Of a DNA stretch of 56,557 bases, positions 10,759 through 21,427 are shown one piece after another. Source of the stretch: Candidatus Thorarchaeota archaeon SMTZ1-45. Its GTDB lineage: Archaea; Asgardarchaeota; Thorarchaeia; Thorarchaeales; Thorarchaeaceae. The stretch lies in contig LRSL01000029.1 of NCBI GenBank assembly GCA_001563335.1, positions 1 through 56,557 on the forward strand, given 5' to 3'. How positions within the stretch are numbered: position 1 is the first letter of the stretch; every line of letters starts with the position of its first letter. The translations under genes and the position numbers were made by a program. The notes beneath the pieces are model-generated. The model did not search any database and was not told the origin of the DNA. It saw only the letters and a list, made by a program, of their open reading frames with translations.

Positions 10759-11250
10759 TTGACAGAACTCAAATTTGTGTTTGGCGATCCACGCGTTTGT
10801 TCGGGATGCATGACTTGTTCAAATACGTGCAGTATGTACTACTTCAAGGTGATAAGTCCTATACGGGCACGAAATAGAGTTGTCAGGGTTGAACCTGCTC
10901 TTGACTTTCCCCTCTTTTGCAGAAACTGTGAAGATGCACCATGTATCTCGGCCTGTCCTGAAAAGGCACTTATGCGAACATCAAAGGGCGTCGTGTTTGT
11001 AAACAATAAGAAGTGTATTGGTCACGGAGAATGTGTGAAGGCATGCCCCTATTATGCCATCCGCATACACCCTGACACGGGGAAAGCATTCAAATGTATC
11101 CAGTGTGGGCAATGTGTTGATCGGTGTCCTGCAGATGCAATCTGGATGACAACAGAGAGCGAGCTCACAGAGAGGGACAAAGATGGGAGTCTGAGGGCGC
11201 TGCATGAGCAACACAAAGAAGAGATCTACAACAAGGAGGACTTTCCATGA
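10759..11250 (+). CDS. 4x[4Fe-4S] ferredoxin-like electron-transfer subunit (DmsB/HydN type)
   Basis: Four Cys clusters, one of them with His (CIGHGEC). Stop overlaps the downstream AOR start (ATGA). Confidence 0.88.
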   Translation: MTELKFVFGDPRVCSGCMTCSNTCSMYYFKVISPIRARNRVVRVEPALDFPLFCRNCEDAPCISACPEKALMRTSKGVVFVNNKKCIGHGECVKACPYYAIRIHPDTGKAFKCIQCGQCVDRCPADAIWMTTESELTERDKDGSLRALHEQHKEEIYNKEDFP

Positions 11251-13121
11251 TTCATGGGGTTGGTGGTCAGATCCTCTGGATTAATCTTGCAAAGGGGTCC
11301 ATCGAGAAGCGACCATTGGATGAGGGAATAATCAAAGATTATCTTCTTGGAGCTGGATATCTATCTAGGGTCCTCTTTGATAATATACCAGTAGGTATCG
11401 ACCCACTTAGCGATAGGAATGTCTTGGGAATTGCAACAGGACTTCTTACAGGTTCCATGTTTCCACAGGCATCAAGACATGTTATTGCAGCTTTATCACC
11501 ATTGACAGATGTTTGGGGTGAAAGTCATGCTGCTGGATTCTGGGGTGCTGAGTTAAAGTTTGCAGGCTATGACGCCATAATATTCACAGGTGCGTCTCCG
11601 AGTCCGGTGTACCTCAATATTAGGGATGAGCAGGTGGAACTCTTAGATGCAGAAAGCGCACAGATCTGGGGTAGGAATGTCTTTGAAACTGATGAGATAT
11701 TAAAGAAAAAGCATGGCAAGAGGATCAGAACACTTTCAATAGGACAAGCTGGAGAGAATCTCGTAAGGTTCGCAGCCATCATGAATGACCGAGATCGTGC
11801 ATCTGCACGCTCTGGATTGGGAGCTGTTATGGGCGCAAAGAGGCTCAAGGCAGTTTCAGTGAGAGGGACTGGGAAACTTACTGTTGCAGACCCTAAGAAT
11901 TACTTGAAGGAGATAGATGTATTTCACAAACGAATGATGGCAAATCCATTCACACCAGGTCGTATCAAGTATGGAACCACGAGCCTTGTTGAGCTGATGC
12001 AACATATCGGGAGATTGCCCAGCTATAATATGAAGCAGGGTGTCTTTGAGGGTTTTGAGAAGATAAGTGGTGATGCCATCAATGAAAAGTATCTTGTCAA
12101 AGCAAGAGCTGATTTCTCATGCTTGCAACGTTGTGGTCGGTATACAGCTGTGAGAACGGGACCCTATGCGTATGAGGGTGGTGCTCCTGAGTTCGAAACA
12201 CAATCATCCATGGGTTCACGTTGTGGTAATGATAATCTAGAATCGGTACTGTTCGGACATCATCTGTCAAATCAATACGGAATGGACACAATTTCACTTG
12301 GTGCAACAATATCTTGGGCAATGGAGGCTTGGGATGAGGGTCTTCTGACTGCTGAAGACACAGGTGGTATTGACCTCAGTTGGGGAAATCATGAGACAGT
12401 AGTGAAACTGACTCGAATGATTGCACTGAGGGAGGGATTTGGAGATATACTTGCGGAGGGTAGTGCAAGAGCCGCCCAGAAGATTGGTAGGGGAACTGAG
12501 AAGTTCGTTATGGCTGTGAAGAAACAGGAGATTGCAGGACAGGAACCTCGAGCACAGAAATCTATGGGACTTGCTGCTGTTACAGCTGCTCGGGGTGCAG
12601 ACCATCTGTATGCGTTTCCAGTCCTTGATGAAGCAGGGTTTGACGACGAGATCAGAGAAAGATTTGGTGAGGAATATCTTCCTGAGATGGCAGACCGACT
12701 GAATCCAAAATACAAAGGAATAATGGTGAAAGAATGCGAGGATTTTATGGTCATGGTAGAGAGTGTGGGCCTATGTAAATATGGGACTCAAATCCCTCCG
12801 GAGTTTTTCTATGATGATATATCTTTGGCTCTAAAGATCCATAACGGTCTTGAACTAACAGGAAAAGAGCTTCAAGTCATCGGGGAGAGAATTGTCAACC
12901 TCAATAGGCTGTTCAACGGGCGGCTTGGAGTCACAAGGAAAGATGACTGTCTTCCAGACAGACTAACTAAGGAGAAAGCTCCTCTGGGGCCATCAGCTGG
13001 AGAGATTGTAGAGCTCGATATGATGTTAGATGAGTATTATACTGTGCGAGGATGGGACCTTAAGACAGGTTTGCCACTGAAAGATACTCTGGAACGACTT
13101 GGCCTTAGTAAAGATGCATAG
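11247..13121 (+). CDS. Aldehyde:ferredoxin oxidoreductase (W-pterin AOR family), second paralog
   Basis: RSGLGAVMGAKRLKA, PEFET, GMDTIS, RGADHL and EYYTVRGWD motifs. Confidence 0.93.
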   Translation: MIHGVGGQILWINLAKGSIEKRPLDEGIIKDYLLGAGYLSRVLFDNIPVGIDPLSDRNVLGIATGLLTGSMFPQASRHVIAALSPLTDVWGESHAAGFWGAELKFAGYDAIIFTGASPSPVYLNIRDEQVELLDAESAQIWGRNVFETDEILKKKHGKRIRTLSIGQAGENLVRFAAIMNDRDRASARSGLGAVMGAKRLKAVSVRGTGKLTVADPKNYLKEIDVFHKRMMANPFTPGRIKYGTTSLVELMQHIGRLPSYNMKQGVFEGFEKISGDAINEKYLVKARADFSCLQRCGRYTAVRTGPYAYEGGAPEFETQSSMGSRCGNDNLESVLFGHHLSNQYGMDTISLGATISWAMEAWDEGLLTAEDTGGIDLSWGNHETVVKLTRMIALREGFGDILAEGSARAAQKIGRGTEKFVMAVKKQEIAGQEPRAQKSMGLAAVTAARGADHLYAFPVLDEAGFDDEIRERFGEEYLPEMADRLNPKYKGIMVKECEDFMVMVESVGLCKYGTQIPPEFFYDDISLALKIHNGLELTGKELQVIGERIVNLNRLFNGRLGVTRKDDCLPDRLTKEKAPLGPSAGEIVELDMMLDEYYTVRGWDLKTGLPLKDTLERLGLSKDA

Positions 13122-13133
13122 TTCGGGAAAGGA

Positions 13134-13370
13134 CTACTCACAGGTTGCACAAACATTAGTAATAGTGTCTTTCACACCATCAACCTTCCGAAGCTCATTG
13201 ACTACGAAAGAACTCAATGCCTCCGGTGTTTTGAAAACACACTTGATGAGAAGGTCATATGCCCCATAAATCAGATAGGCTTCTTCTACTTGTTCGAGAT
13301 TGCGAACCGCGTCAAGAATTGCTCGCGACTTTGTCGACTCGACCTTAGCCATAATGAAGGCAATAATCAC
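13134..13370 (-). CDS. Stand-alone Lrp/AsnC ligand-binding (RAM) domain protein
   Basis: AFIMAKV...EAYLIYGAYDLLIK...LRKVDGVKDTIT pattern; no HTH domain. Confidence 0.88.
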   Translation of the reverse strand: MIIAFIMAKVESTKSRAILDAVRNLEQVEEAYLIYGAYDLLIKCVFKTPEALSSFVVNELRKVDGVKDTITNVCATCE

Positions 13371-13670
13371 TTCTATCTCACCATCAGTTAGTTGAAACTT
13401 GTTCTATCTTCTTTACCAAGCATAAAACTCTTGCTAGAAAATTGATTTCCTTATTTTGAATTCGCAATAGAGTAAATTTCTATCATGTCAGACCAAAAAG
13501 AAATGAAAAGATGAGGAATATCTAACCAAATATCTGAGGTGTATTCACTCCAAGGGGTTATCGAAACGGGTCAAGCATTGAATTTGAGCCAATAATGACA
13601 CTCGAATGATTCGAATTATTTCGATAGAACTATCTGATGGTTTTTCTTTCAGAATGGGAGAGTTAGTCTA

Positions 13671-14327
13671 ATGAGAATTGAAGAGCTTGTAGATAAGAAA
13701 CATTTTCCACTTTGGGGCATCTTGGGTGCAATTGTAGGCTTGATTTTCATTCTCACACCACAGATATTCTACGTAGGTGCGCTTGATGAACCATTCTCGA
13801 TGTTCAACCATTATGTATCAGAGCTGGGAGAACTTGGTGTTTCCGAACTGGCTTGGATGTTTAATGCCGGTATGGTCCTAGCAGGTATTCTATTCATACC
13901 ATTCATGATTGGACTGGGTTTCTATATTGATAACATCATAAGTAAAATCACAATCCTAGTCAGTGTCTTCTCTTGTGTGTCTATTGTCTTTGTTGGAATA
14001 TACCCTATGAATTATCTGACTGAGCATTCCATCTCAGCAATATCATTTTTCCTCAGTGGCATGGTCATGACTTTCCTGTGGGCCATAGCAATCTTATTTC
14101 AAAAAGAGTTCAGAATCCATAAAGGACTCTCACTAGGAGGATTCTTGAATATGACAATATTCATTCTGTTCCTGTACGGACCTTGGGAGTCAACTGGTGG
14201 AACAAGACCTGAATTCTCAATGAGCGCGACTCTTGAGTGGGCAATATATTTTGCAATAGTAGGTTATCTTCTAACTCTTGCTCTCTATGTATGGAGAAAG
14301 GAATCGAGAGTAAAGAGTGATCAGTAA
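13671..14327 (+). CDS. DUF998-like membrane protein
   Basis: YVSELG motif, FNAGM, GIYP..H, and five to six hydrophobic segments. Confidence 0.75.
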   Translation: MRIEELVDKKHFPLWGILGAIVGLIFILTPQIFYVGALDEPFSMFNHYVSELGELGVSELAWMFNAGMVLAGILFIPFMIGLGFYIDNIISKITILVSVFSCVSIVFVGIYPMNYLTEHSISAISFFLSGMVMTFLWAIAILFQKEFRIHKGLSLGGFLNMTIFILFLYGPWESTGGTRPEFSMSATLEWAIYFAIVGYLLTLALYVWRKESRVKSDQ

Positions 14328-14336
14328 GACTGCTTC

Positions 14337-17243
14337 TCATTCCAGGAATAATGAAACTCGGCCAGGTAGAGCAAATCTTGCCTTGTTCTGAGGATCGTAA
14401 TCTGGCTTTTCAGAACTATGAACAACAATGTCCATATTCACTTCTGATCCGATATATGTTGCTGAATCATTTAGGGCGGCCATCTCTTCTTTAGAACTAG
14501 GAGAGTGCTCCCATAGACCGTTCTCTTTAGCAATACGATCTACTATGGCCTTGATCTGTTTTCCATGTTCCCGAAATTCTTCATTCGACATTAGATGCTT
14601 CATGATGTCTCCAATAATGATGGGCAGATTCGCTTCCCTAATACTGTTCATAGCCTTGAACATCCATTCTGGAGCAACATAGATATGGCCAGTTGATGGC
14701 TTCTTTCCCTTTAGCAGCTTCACAATCTCTCGAATATCACTGACTGTGGATTCCACAACTTCATGAGCCATCTCAACTGAAGAGTCAATTAACTTCTTGT
14801 CAGATTTTGGCCATTCAGTCAGCGATACATATCCATGACCATTCATTTTAGCCCAGAACTCTTCGCTGATATGAGGTGTCATGGGAGCGATCAATCGAAC
14901 CCATATGTCGCATACGTATGCCATCGTTGCTTCGCGTTCCTCTTTGGGTACACTCTGTTTCAGGTATTGATTGACTGAACGAATCATCTCAGACATGACT
15001 GTAATAGCATAGTCTCTTATCCTAAAGCTCTCCAGATAGTCCGTACATTCTTGGATAATGGAGTTCACACGAGATAGAATCCATCTGGTTATCGTTGTTG
15101 GTTTGTCCTTCTTGTCATATGACTTAGGAGTCTTTTTGGAATATTTTTTCATAATCTCACTGAACTGTCGAATACGATTCCGAACAGCTGGAACATCTCG
15201 TTCGCGCCAGTCCAAGAGACTGCCTGGCTCAGCCGCTGAAACAACATAGGTCCTAAATACATCAGCCCCATACTTCTTGGGTATTTCCCCAAGAGGGATA
15301 GTGTTTCCCTTGCTCTTTGACATCTTTCCGCCCTCCATGTTCATGTGCTCATTGAGACTGATACATTGAATCCAGTGTTTCTTTGGGAATATTGCGGCAT
15401 GGTGGAAGATTGCAAAGCTCAGATGATTCGAAATGTGTGATGGAGCTGTGTGTCGCTGGTCGTTGGGATACCAGTACAAGAATTCATCACGCATAGAACT
15501 CAATAGGTCGGGTGAGATCCCTGTTTCGACTGCGATTCTCTCTAATTTTCCTCTGCCTAGAAAAACAAAATCAAAGAAATTCAGTGATAGTTGCTTTGGT
15601 TTCAGCTTGTTCTGTGCAATCTTGTGGGCGATTGTGTAGAATGCCATATAGATTGTTGAGTCTGACAGTGCTTCTATTATCCATTCAGGATCAAAAGGTA
15701 ATGGAGTGCCAATTCCTCTCTTACGCGCGCATGGTCTCTGGGCTAACCAGTCAAAGGTTGACTCGAATAGGATTCGGAAATTTCCTGGGATTATTCCCAT
15801 GGTATTCAGGGCATCCCAAGCCTTATCTTTCCACCCAGGGCTCTCATAGTCCAAGAACCACTGTCCTGCTAAAACGCCAATCTGAACATCAGTTCCGCAT
15901 TTACAGATGACTGGTCGTTCATCAGGTTCGTAAAAGATATCTCCTCGATTCTGGGACTTCAACCACGCAATTACGTCATCCTTCACCTCACTTACCTTTC
16001 GTCCTGCGAAAGGACCGCAGTTATTCATCATGACTCCTTCATAGAATTCAGCTTTGTATACTTCTTGGGTTGCCTCTTCTAGCTTCTCAAAGTCATTCTG
16101 CGAAGACACTCCGAGCTTCTCAACAGTATCCTTTGTCAGAAAATCGCTCCCGCCCTCTATTTGGATCATCATCACGATTTCGATATTGCGTACTTGGGCA
16201 GCTGATAGTCCATACCGTTCTAAATCAGACGGGTTTTGAATCAAATCACGTAATGCGATATAGTCATAGGGAGCATGACCAGGAACTGAGTAGACGACTC
16301 CAGTGGCATTATTGACATCCACGAAGTCTGCAGGGAGGATTGGAATCATTCGATTGTCGTGGACTGTTTTGAAAGTTTTTCCAATAATCTTAGAGCCAGA
16401 AAACGTTTCCAATATTTCGACTTCTTTTGCCTGTATCTTTAGTTTCTCGACAGCTTTTGCAGAAACTATCCATTTCTCTCCATTCACTTTAGCTTTGACG
16501 TACTTTTCTGTGGGATTGATCCACATGTTAGTTATACCAAAAGTTGTTTCAGGTCGCAGTGTTGCTGCAACAAGAAATCCATCTTCGAACGGATATTTGA
16601 TAGCTGTAAACTCCTTGACCTTTGCAGTGGTGCCTTCTAGTAAGTCATCCTCACCTACTGGATTTCGGCAGTTGGGACAATAGAGTAGCGGATATGATCC
16701 CTTTTTGATATAGCCAAGGTCCATGAATTTCTGATACTGCCAAGTTATAAAGCGATTATAGATATCATCTCCAGTTGTGAATTTACGCCGCCAATCAATA
16801 CTGTATCCAAGGGCTTTGAAGTCAGCTGAAATCGCATCTGCAAAGAATCTAACAGTTGTCCAGGGATCAGTGAATTTCATGACTTGTGTTTCGACTTCGT
16901 CTTCAGTGTCCAAGTATACTCGCAGGTCTCGTTTGTATTGTTCAATAGCTTCTTGGTCTCCATTCTTGACCCTGTCTACCATACCCAATATTGGTGTGCC
17001 AGTGATGTGCGATGCCATTGGATATAGAACATTATACCCTCTCATACGTTTGTATCGAGCTATTAGATCTCCGACAGTATAGGTTCTGCCATGGCCAATA
17101 TGCAGTGCCCCATTGGGATACGGATATGGGACTGTAAGAAAGAACTTCTTACGCTTAGAATCAGGATCTGCCTCAAAAACACGGTCTTTCTTCCAGCGGT
17201 TTTGCCATTTCTTCTCAATCTTTACTGAATCACTCATATCCAA
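14337..17243 (-). CDS. leuS: Leucyl-tRNA synthetase (archaeal type)
   Basis: [18 protein letters not shown]1 editing motifs ATLRPET and [15 protein letters not shown]. Start is TTG 17243 or ATG 17237. Confidence 0.97.
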   Translation of the reverse strand: MDMSDSVKIEKKWQNRWKKDRVFEADPDSKRKKFFLTVPYPYPNGALHIGHGRTYTVGDLIARYKRMRGYNVLYPMASHITGTPILGMVDRVKNGDQEAIEQYKRDLRVYLDTEDEVETQVMKFTDPWTTVRFFADAISADFKALGYSIDWRRKFTTGDDIYNRFITWQYQKFMDLGYIKKGSYPLLYCPNCRNPVGEDDLLEGTTAKVKEFTAIKYPFEDGFLVAATLRPETTFGITNMWINPTEKYVKAKVNGEKWIVSAKAVEKLKIQAKEVEILETFSGSKIIGKTFKTVHDNRMIPILPADFVDVNNATGVVYSVPGHAPYDYIALRDLIQNPSDLERYGLSAAQVRNIEIVMMIQIEGGSDFLTKDTVEKLGVSSQNDFEKLEEATQEVYKAEFYEGVMMNNCGPFAGRKVSEVKDDVIAWLKSQNRGDIFYEPDERPVICKCGTDVQIGVLAGQWFLDYESPGWKDKAWDALNTMGIIPGNFRILFESTFDWLAQRPCARKRGIGTPLPFDPEWIIEALSDSTIYMAFYTIAHKIAQNKLKPKQLSLNFFDFVFLGRGKLERIAVETGISPDLLSSMRDEFLYWYPNDQRHTAPSHISNHLSFAIFHHAAIFPKKHWIQCISLNEHMNMEGGKMSKSKGNTIPLGEIPKKYGADVFRTYVVSAAEPGSLLDWRERDVPAVRNRIRQFSEIMKKYSKKTPKSYDKKDKPTTITRWILSRVNSIIQECTDYLESFRIRDYAITVMSEMIRSVNQYLKQSVPKEEREATMAYVCDIWVRLIAPMTPHISEEFWAKMNGHGYVSLTEWPKSDKKLIDSSVEMAHEVVESTVSDIREIVKLLKGKKPSTGHIYVAPEWMFKAMNSIREANLPIIIGDIMKHLMSNEEFREHGKQIKAIVDRIAKENGLWEHSPSSKEEMAALNDSATYIGSEVNMDIVVHSSEKPDYDPQNKARFALPGRVSLFLE

Positions 17244-17457
17244 TAGCCTCTCTTGATAATGAAGGGTTGAAAAACGCCAAGATGATGCCCTCTATAAAGC
17301 ACTCGCAAAAGGATTCTATGTCAATTATCGAGAACGCGATCCATCCTGGTTCACTCTTTCCAGGCAAGCTATAGGCATTCCCTTATTAGAGCTATGGTCA
17401 GCTTGAGTTGACCTAGAAGATGAGAGAGTAGATAAGGTGTCAAATCTAACCTAGTCT

Positions 17458-19305
17458 GTGGGAATGATGCATAGATTCCGAAGAATGTTGTTTGTGTTCT
17501 TCATAACTGTAAGTTTGTTGTTCAGCTGCATCAGTTTCAGGGTTGGAACAACGAAGGAGTTTCCGCAATCAGACCGATTATATTGCATCTCTTCTGGTTC
17601 ATCGATTGTCATCACTTCAGACGATGATTTCGTTAACCAGGGATGGCCTGGGAATGGTTCAGCATCTGCTCCATTCATTATCGAGGGGCAAACGATTACT
17701 AGCGACATGACATGCATTTCAATAAGTGGTACTTCGTCATACTTCATAATTCGGGACTGCATCCTAACTATTACTGTGAGTTACAAGAAAGCTATGAAAC
17801 TGACCAATGTTGTAAATGGTGTCATCATATCAAACACTGTTACATTCGATTTGATTGGTATGGATTTCGTTAGATGTAGTTCTTGCGTTATTGAAGGCAA
17901 CACGCTACATCGTCCTAGTCTACCATACCAACCAGATATTCATGCAATCAGAGTCTATGATTCGGATCATATGGATATCTCGAGAAATAGAATCTCAAGT
18001 GCCTCTGTTGGCCATGCCAGCAGCGCAAACAGAGGTATCTTGGTGAACACTTCTACTTATTGTACTATTAGAGAAAACAGAGTCCAACCTTTCCTAGGAA
18101 GAGGGATTTATCTTGAATCTTCAGGATATTGTGATCTAATTGATAACTTATGCAATGGCAGTAGCTCAGGTTACTATGTCAGAGCTTCAAGCAATTGCTA
18201 TCTTGAAAACAATAGAGCAATGCGCACTGGAATGGGTTTTGGTATCTGGGTAGGACAGGACCACACTCTAGTAGGAAATCGCGCTGAGAGGCTATTTGAT
18301 GATGGATTTATAATCGCCAATTCGTACAACTGCCAGTTGATTGGCAACATAGTAAGAAACATCTCAGATTGTAGAAATGGGATAGAGTTGATCTATGGAT
18401 CGGCAAACAACATTCTCTATGGCAATTTCATTTTGTTCAGCAGTGTATTTGATAATGGAACAAACAACGGTTGGGACAATGGTGCAGGTTTCGGTAATTA
18501 CTGGTCATCATATAATGGAACAGGAACATATCCGATACCTGGTACAGCGGGTAGTGTTGACCGATTCCCGCAACACTTCATCGTTCCAGTCATCAATCTT
18601 GTGTCTGTATGTGGTTTTGAATATGGGTTTGAAAATCGTTTCCTTAATTGGACGTATTCAGGTCAAGCTCCAATCAGTTACACTCTAGAGCGACTTAATG
18701 AGTCTCAGATTTATCAGATTGAGATTGCAGGTTTATGGAACGAGTTTCAAACTACACTTTCATTGTATTTAGAACCCACTGAGGTTGGAGAATACATCTA
18801 CAGATTCACTGCATTATATACTGGTGGATTTTCACTAGTAGAGGAAATGGTTGTGCACATTGTTCCTGCGAGCGGCCCTCATATTGAATATGTGTTGACC
18901 GGTTCAGAATACCCAGCGCCTGAATATGATATTGCTGTAATAGCGATTGTGAATGACATCTCAGGTGTTTCCAAAGTCACACTCTCATATAATTCCTCTA
19001 TCGACGGGCTTTGGAGTAATATCACTATGGATTGGAACGAAGCAGATTTGTGGACCGCTATGGTTCCAGGCCTGCCAAATAATACGATTCTCTACTTGAA
19101 GGTCTATGCAATTGATACTCTTGGGAATTGGGCTGTTACGGGGGTGATGAAAAAGCTAGTAACCGATTCACCACCCACATTGCCAACGATTCCTCATACA
19201 TCACCAGATCAAGAGGGGTCATTTATCACCGTACTACTAATAGGTGGCATCATGGTGGAAATCTCGGTTATAGCATACATGATACTGAATAGAAGATACA
19301 AATAG
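17458..19305 (+). CDS. Secreted, membrane-anchored parallel beta-helix (NosD/CASH-repeat) surface protein
   Basis: Signal peptide, GWPGNGSASAPFIIE, repeated GIxL..S.N..I..N units, GNYWSSY, Ig-like C-terminal domains, and a C-terminal TM segment followed by NRRYK. Confidence 0.82.
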   Translation: MGMMHRFRRMLFVFFITVSLLFSCISFRVGTTKEFPQSDRLYCISSGSSIVITSDDDFVNQGWPGNGSASAPFIIEGQTITSDMTCISISGTSSYFIIRDCILTITVSYKKAMKLTNVVNGVIISNTVTFDLIGMDFVRCSSCVIEGNTLHRPSLPYQPDIHAIRVYDSDHMDISRNRISSASVGHASSANRGILVNTSTYCTIRENRVQPFLGRGIYLESSGYCDLIDNLCNGSSSGYYVRASSNCYLENNRAMRTGMGFGIWVGQDHTLVGNRAERLFDDGFIIANSYNCQLIGNIVRNISDCRNGIELIYGSANNILYGNFILFSSVFDNGTNNGWDNGAGFGNYWSSYNGTGTYPIPGTAGSVDRFPQHFIVPVINLVSVCGFEYGFENRFLNWTYSGQAPISYTLERLNESQIYQIEIAGLWNEFQTTLSLYLEPTEVGEYIYRFTALYTGGFSLVEEMVVHIVPASGPHIEYVLTGSEYPAPEYDIAVIAIVNDISGVSKVTLSYNSSIDGLWSNITMDWNEADLWTAMVPGLPNNTILYLKVYAIDTLGNWAVTGVMKKLVTDSPPTLPTIPHTSPDQEGSFITVLLIGGIMVEISVIAYMILNRRYK

Positions 19306-19320
19306 TATCATTTCGAGGGA

Positions 19321-19965
19321 TTGGCTCTGAAAATGCCTTCAAATCATCAAGATGTCTATCAAGACATTCACGCCAAACTCCGGTCTTACTCTGAGGTCTA
19401 TAAATTCTTCACAAATCTAGAGCAGAGAGGAGATGTGAAACGGTACTGTAATGGATCAAATATTGCAGGCAGATGGTTCTTTCAGATTTTTAACAGAGAG
19501 TTTGTCGAGGAGTTAGCTCAGGTGATTAACAGAGCTTTGGGGAGGAGAAGAAAGAATCCACCGGTCCTTGAAGCAATGAGTGGTGATGGACGGCTAACTG
19601 AATTTCTTCAGCCCTTGATTAAAAGACGTTGTATTGCAACAGACAGTAAAGATGGACGGTATAATATCGGATACCCAAAATGGGTGGAAAAGCTGGATGC
19701 GATGGAGGCTATTTCGAAATATTCACCCGCATTCATAATCATTTGTTGGGAGCCATATCTTTCTACGACAGGCATAGATATCGTGAAATTGGGCACACCT
19801 ACTGCATGGATAGGAAATCCTCGGATGTGTGGACATACTGATATCTTCGAACATCCTTACATCCCTTTACAGAGCAAATATGCTCTGAGTAGACATGATT
19901 ACTTCCTTGCAAAGGAGTTCAAATCAGACATCTTCTTTTTCAACTGCAAACCAGAATGGATTTGA
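19321..19965 (+). CDS. Hypothetical protein, class I SAM-dependent methyltransferase-like
   Basis: VLEAMSGDG (motif I-like), IATD, LDAMEA, IICW. Confidence 0.55.
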   Translation: MALKMPSNHQDVYQDIHAKLRSYSEVYKFFTNLEQRGDVKRYCNGSNIAGRWFFQIFNREFVEELAQVINRALGRRRKNPPVLEAMSGDGRLTEFLQPLIKRRCIATDSKDGRYNIGYPKWVEKLDAMEAISKYSPAFIIICWEPYLSTTGIDIVKLGTPTAWIGNPRMCGHTDIFEHPYIPLQSKYALSRHDYFLAKEFKSDIFFFNCKPEWI

Positions 19966-20042
19966 GTGTGGAGCTGAGGTCTTACACTGCTTCTTATTTT
20001 AAGACCGCCTGTTAAAGCCATCAGCTGAAAGAAGGTCTTACC

Positions 20043-20984
20043 ATGGTCAAGGCGGTAGTTGATGCTGTAGACATCGACTTAAAGACTGGATCCACTCTCG
20101 GATACTATACATTTGGAGAAGAGCGTCCGAATGTATTCATCTTGGCAGCAATGAACGGACGTTCAGCCACAGATGTCTATGCAAGCTATCTCATTATGAG
20201 GCATCTTGAGGGTCTAGATAGGATTGATGGTTCAGTGACCTTTCTTCCTGTGGCAAGTCCACTAGCTTTCCGTCTTGGAGTAAAGGTTTCTCCGCTCGAT
20301 TCGAAAGACCTTGATACAGTGTTCCCTGGAAATGAGCATGGTACAGTGACCGAAAGAACCGCGTGGGAAATTTGGCGGAGGGCTTCAACAGCGGACTACA
20401 TCATAGACCTACGCACAGGCTGGCAGAACTGTACTAGCCACATCATCGCATTACATAGAGATTACATTCATGTGAGAAATCTTGCCTCGCAGATTGGACT
20501 TCCTTATGTTGTGCAGTCAACAGGAATGCGTGGAGCATTCACAACTGAAGCAGCACATGAGGGGATACCAGCGGTTACAGTTGAAATGAGAGGGGACACA
20601 GACCAAGTTGACTCACAGGCCGCTGTGGAGGTTAGAGAAGCCATTCTTAATCTCTTACGTACAAAAGATATGATAGCTGGAGAAAGAATCGAAGCCTCAA
20701 ACACACTCATGGGAAGACTGCAATATGTCAATGTGGACACAGAGGGATTCTTTGTCCCAACAATTAATCTTGGCGAAACCGTGAAGAATGGTGATGTAAT
20801 CGGACATGTTCAGGATAAAAGTGAGGTAATTTCTCCCTTTAATGGAGGAGTGATATCACTGAGTAGAATAAACTATGTCTTTGAAGGCGATATGATCGCA
20901 CGTATTGCAGCCTCGCTTGGAGACCAGTGGACTTCTAAGGCAGTTGAGCATGACGAACCGGCGCCAAAGCGTAGGAAATGGTGA
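20043..20984 (+). CDS. Succinylglutamate desuccinylase/aspartoacylase (M14) family protein with degenerate active site
   Basis: Family framework present (FLPVASP, DLDTVFPG, ADYIIDL, GIPAVTVE, barrel-sandwich C-terminal domain), but the Zn ligands are substituted. Confidence 0.8.
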   Translation: MVKAVVDAVDIDLKTGSTLGYYTFGEERPNVFILAAMNGRSATDVYASYLIMRHLEGLDRIDGSVTFLPVASPLAFRLGVKVSPLDSKDLDTVFPGNEHGTVTERTAWEIWRRASTADYIIDLRTGWQNCTSHIIALHRDYIHVRNLASQIGLPYVVQSTGMRGAFTTEAAHEGIPAVTVEMRGDTDQVDSQAAVEVREAILNLLRTKDMIAGERIEASNTLMGRLQYVNVDTEGFFVPTINLGETVKNGDVIGHVQDKSEVISPFNGGVISLSRINYVFEGDMIARIAASLGDQWTSKAVEHDEPAPKRRKW

Positions 20985-21427
20985 CAGTGGACGAAGATTG
21001 CAAGGTTTCACAACACCTTATGTGCATCAATGTTGGAGATAAGCGTTTCAAAGAGAGGAAGAGTCTGCTGCTTGTGGGGAGTTGTCTCGACAGATATCCA
21101 GATGTTGTGAGGGAAATCTGTGAGAGAAGTGGAGGCTGCTTTACACTCCATGTCTGCCTTGAAGAAACACACATGAATCAAGCAGGTTTCAAGCTTGGAT
21201 CAATTGTGAAATACTCGGATATCAAGAAAGTATCAACTCTTACAGTTGATGGAAGTCCACATTGTGTTCAGTTGCATTATATGGTGGAGGATATCAAACG
21301 TCATTTCGCGCCAGAAATTGACACAACTCATTTTGTCATTGAGAAGGGAGAGGTCCATGAGATCACAGCAGATGCTGTGAAACGTTCGAGGCATCTATTG
21401 AAGGTTGAAAAGACACTTGCTGGCTAA
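20978..21427 (+). CDS. Cys/His-containing putative Fe-S-associated protein
   Basis: LLLVGSC, HVCLEE and TVDGSPHCVQL resemble the domain usually fused to 4Fe-4S ferredoxins. Overlaps the upstream stop codon. Confidence 0.55.
   Translation: MVTVDEDCKVSQHLMCINVGDKRFKERKSLLLVGSCLDRYPDVVREICERSGGCFTLHVCLEETHMNQAGFKLGSIVKYSDIKKVSTLTVDGSPHCVQLHYMVEDIKRHFAPEIDTTHFVIEKGEVHEITADAVKRSRHLLKVEKTLAG

Noticed and set aside
13486-13596. Short ORF with an internal TGA in the Lrp-DUF998 intergenic region
   Set aside because: No redox motif, RBS or SECIS; it looks like random AT-rich sequence.
17255-17295. ATGA...AA...GATGA SECIS-like pattern upstream of leuS
   Set aside because: No proper helix II forms and there is no upstream selenoprotein on that strand.
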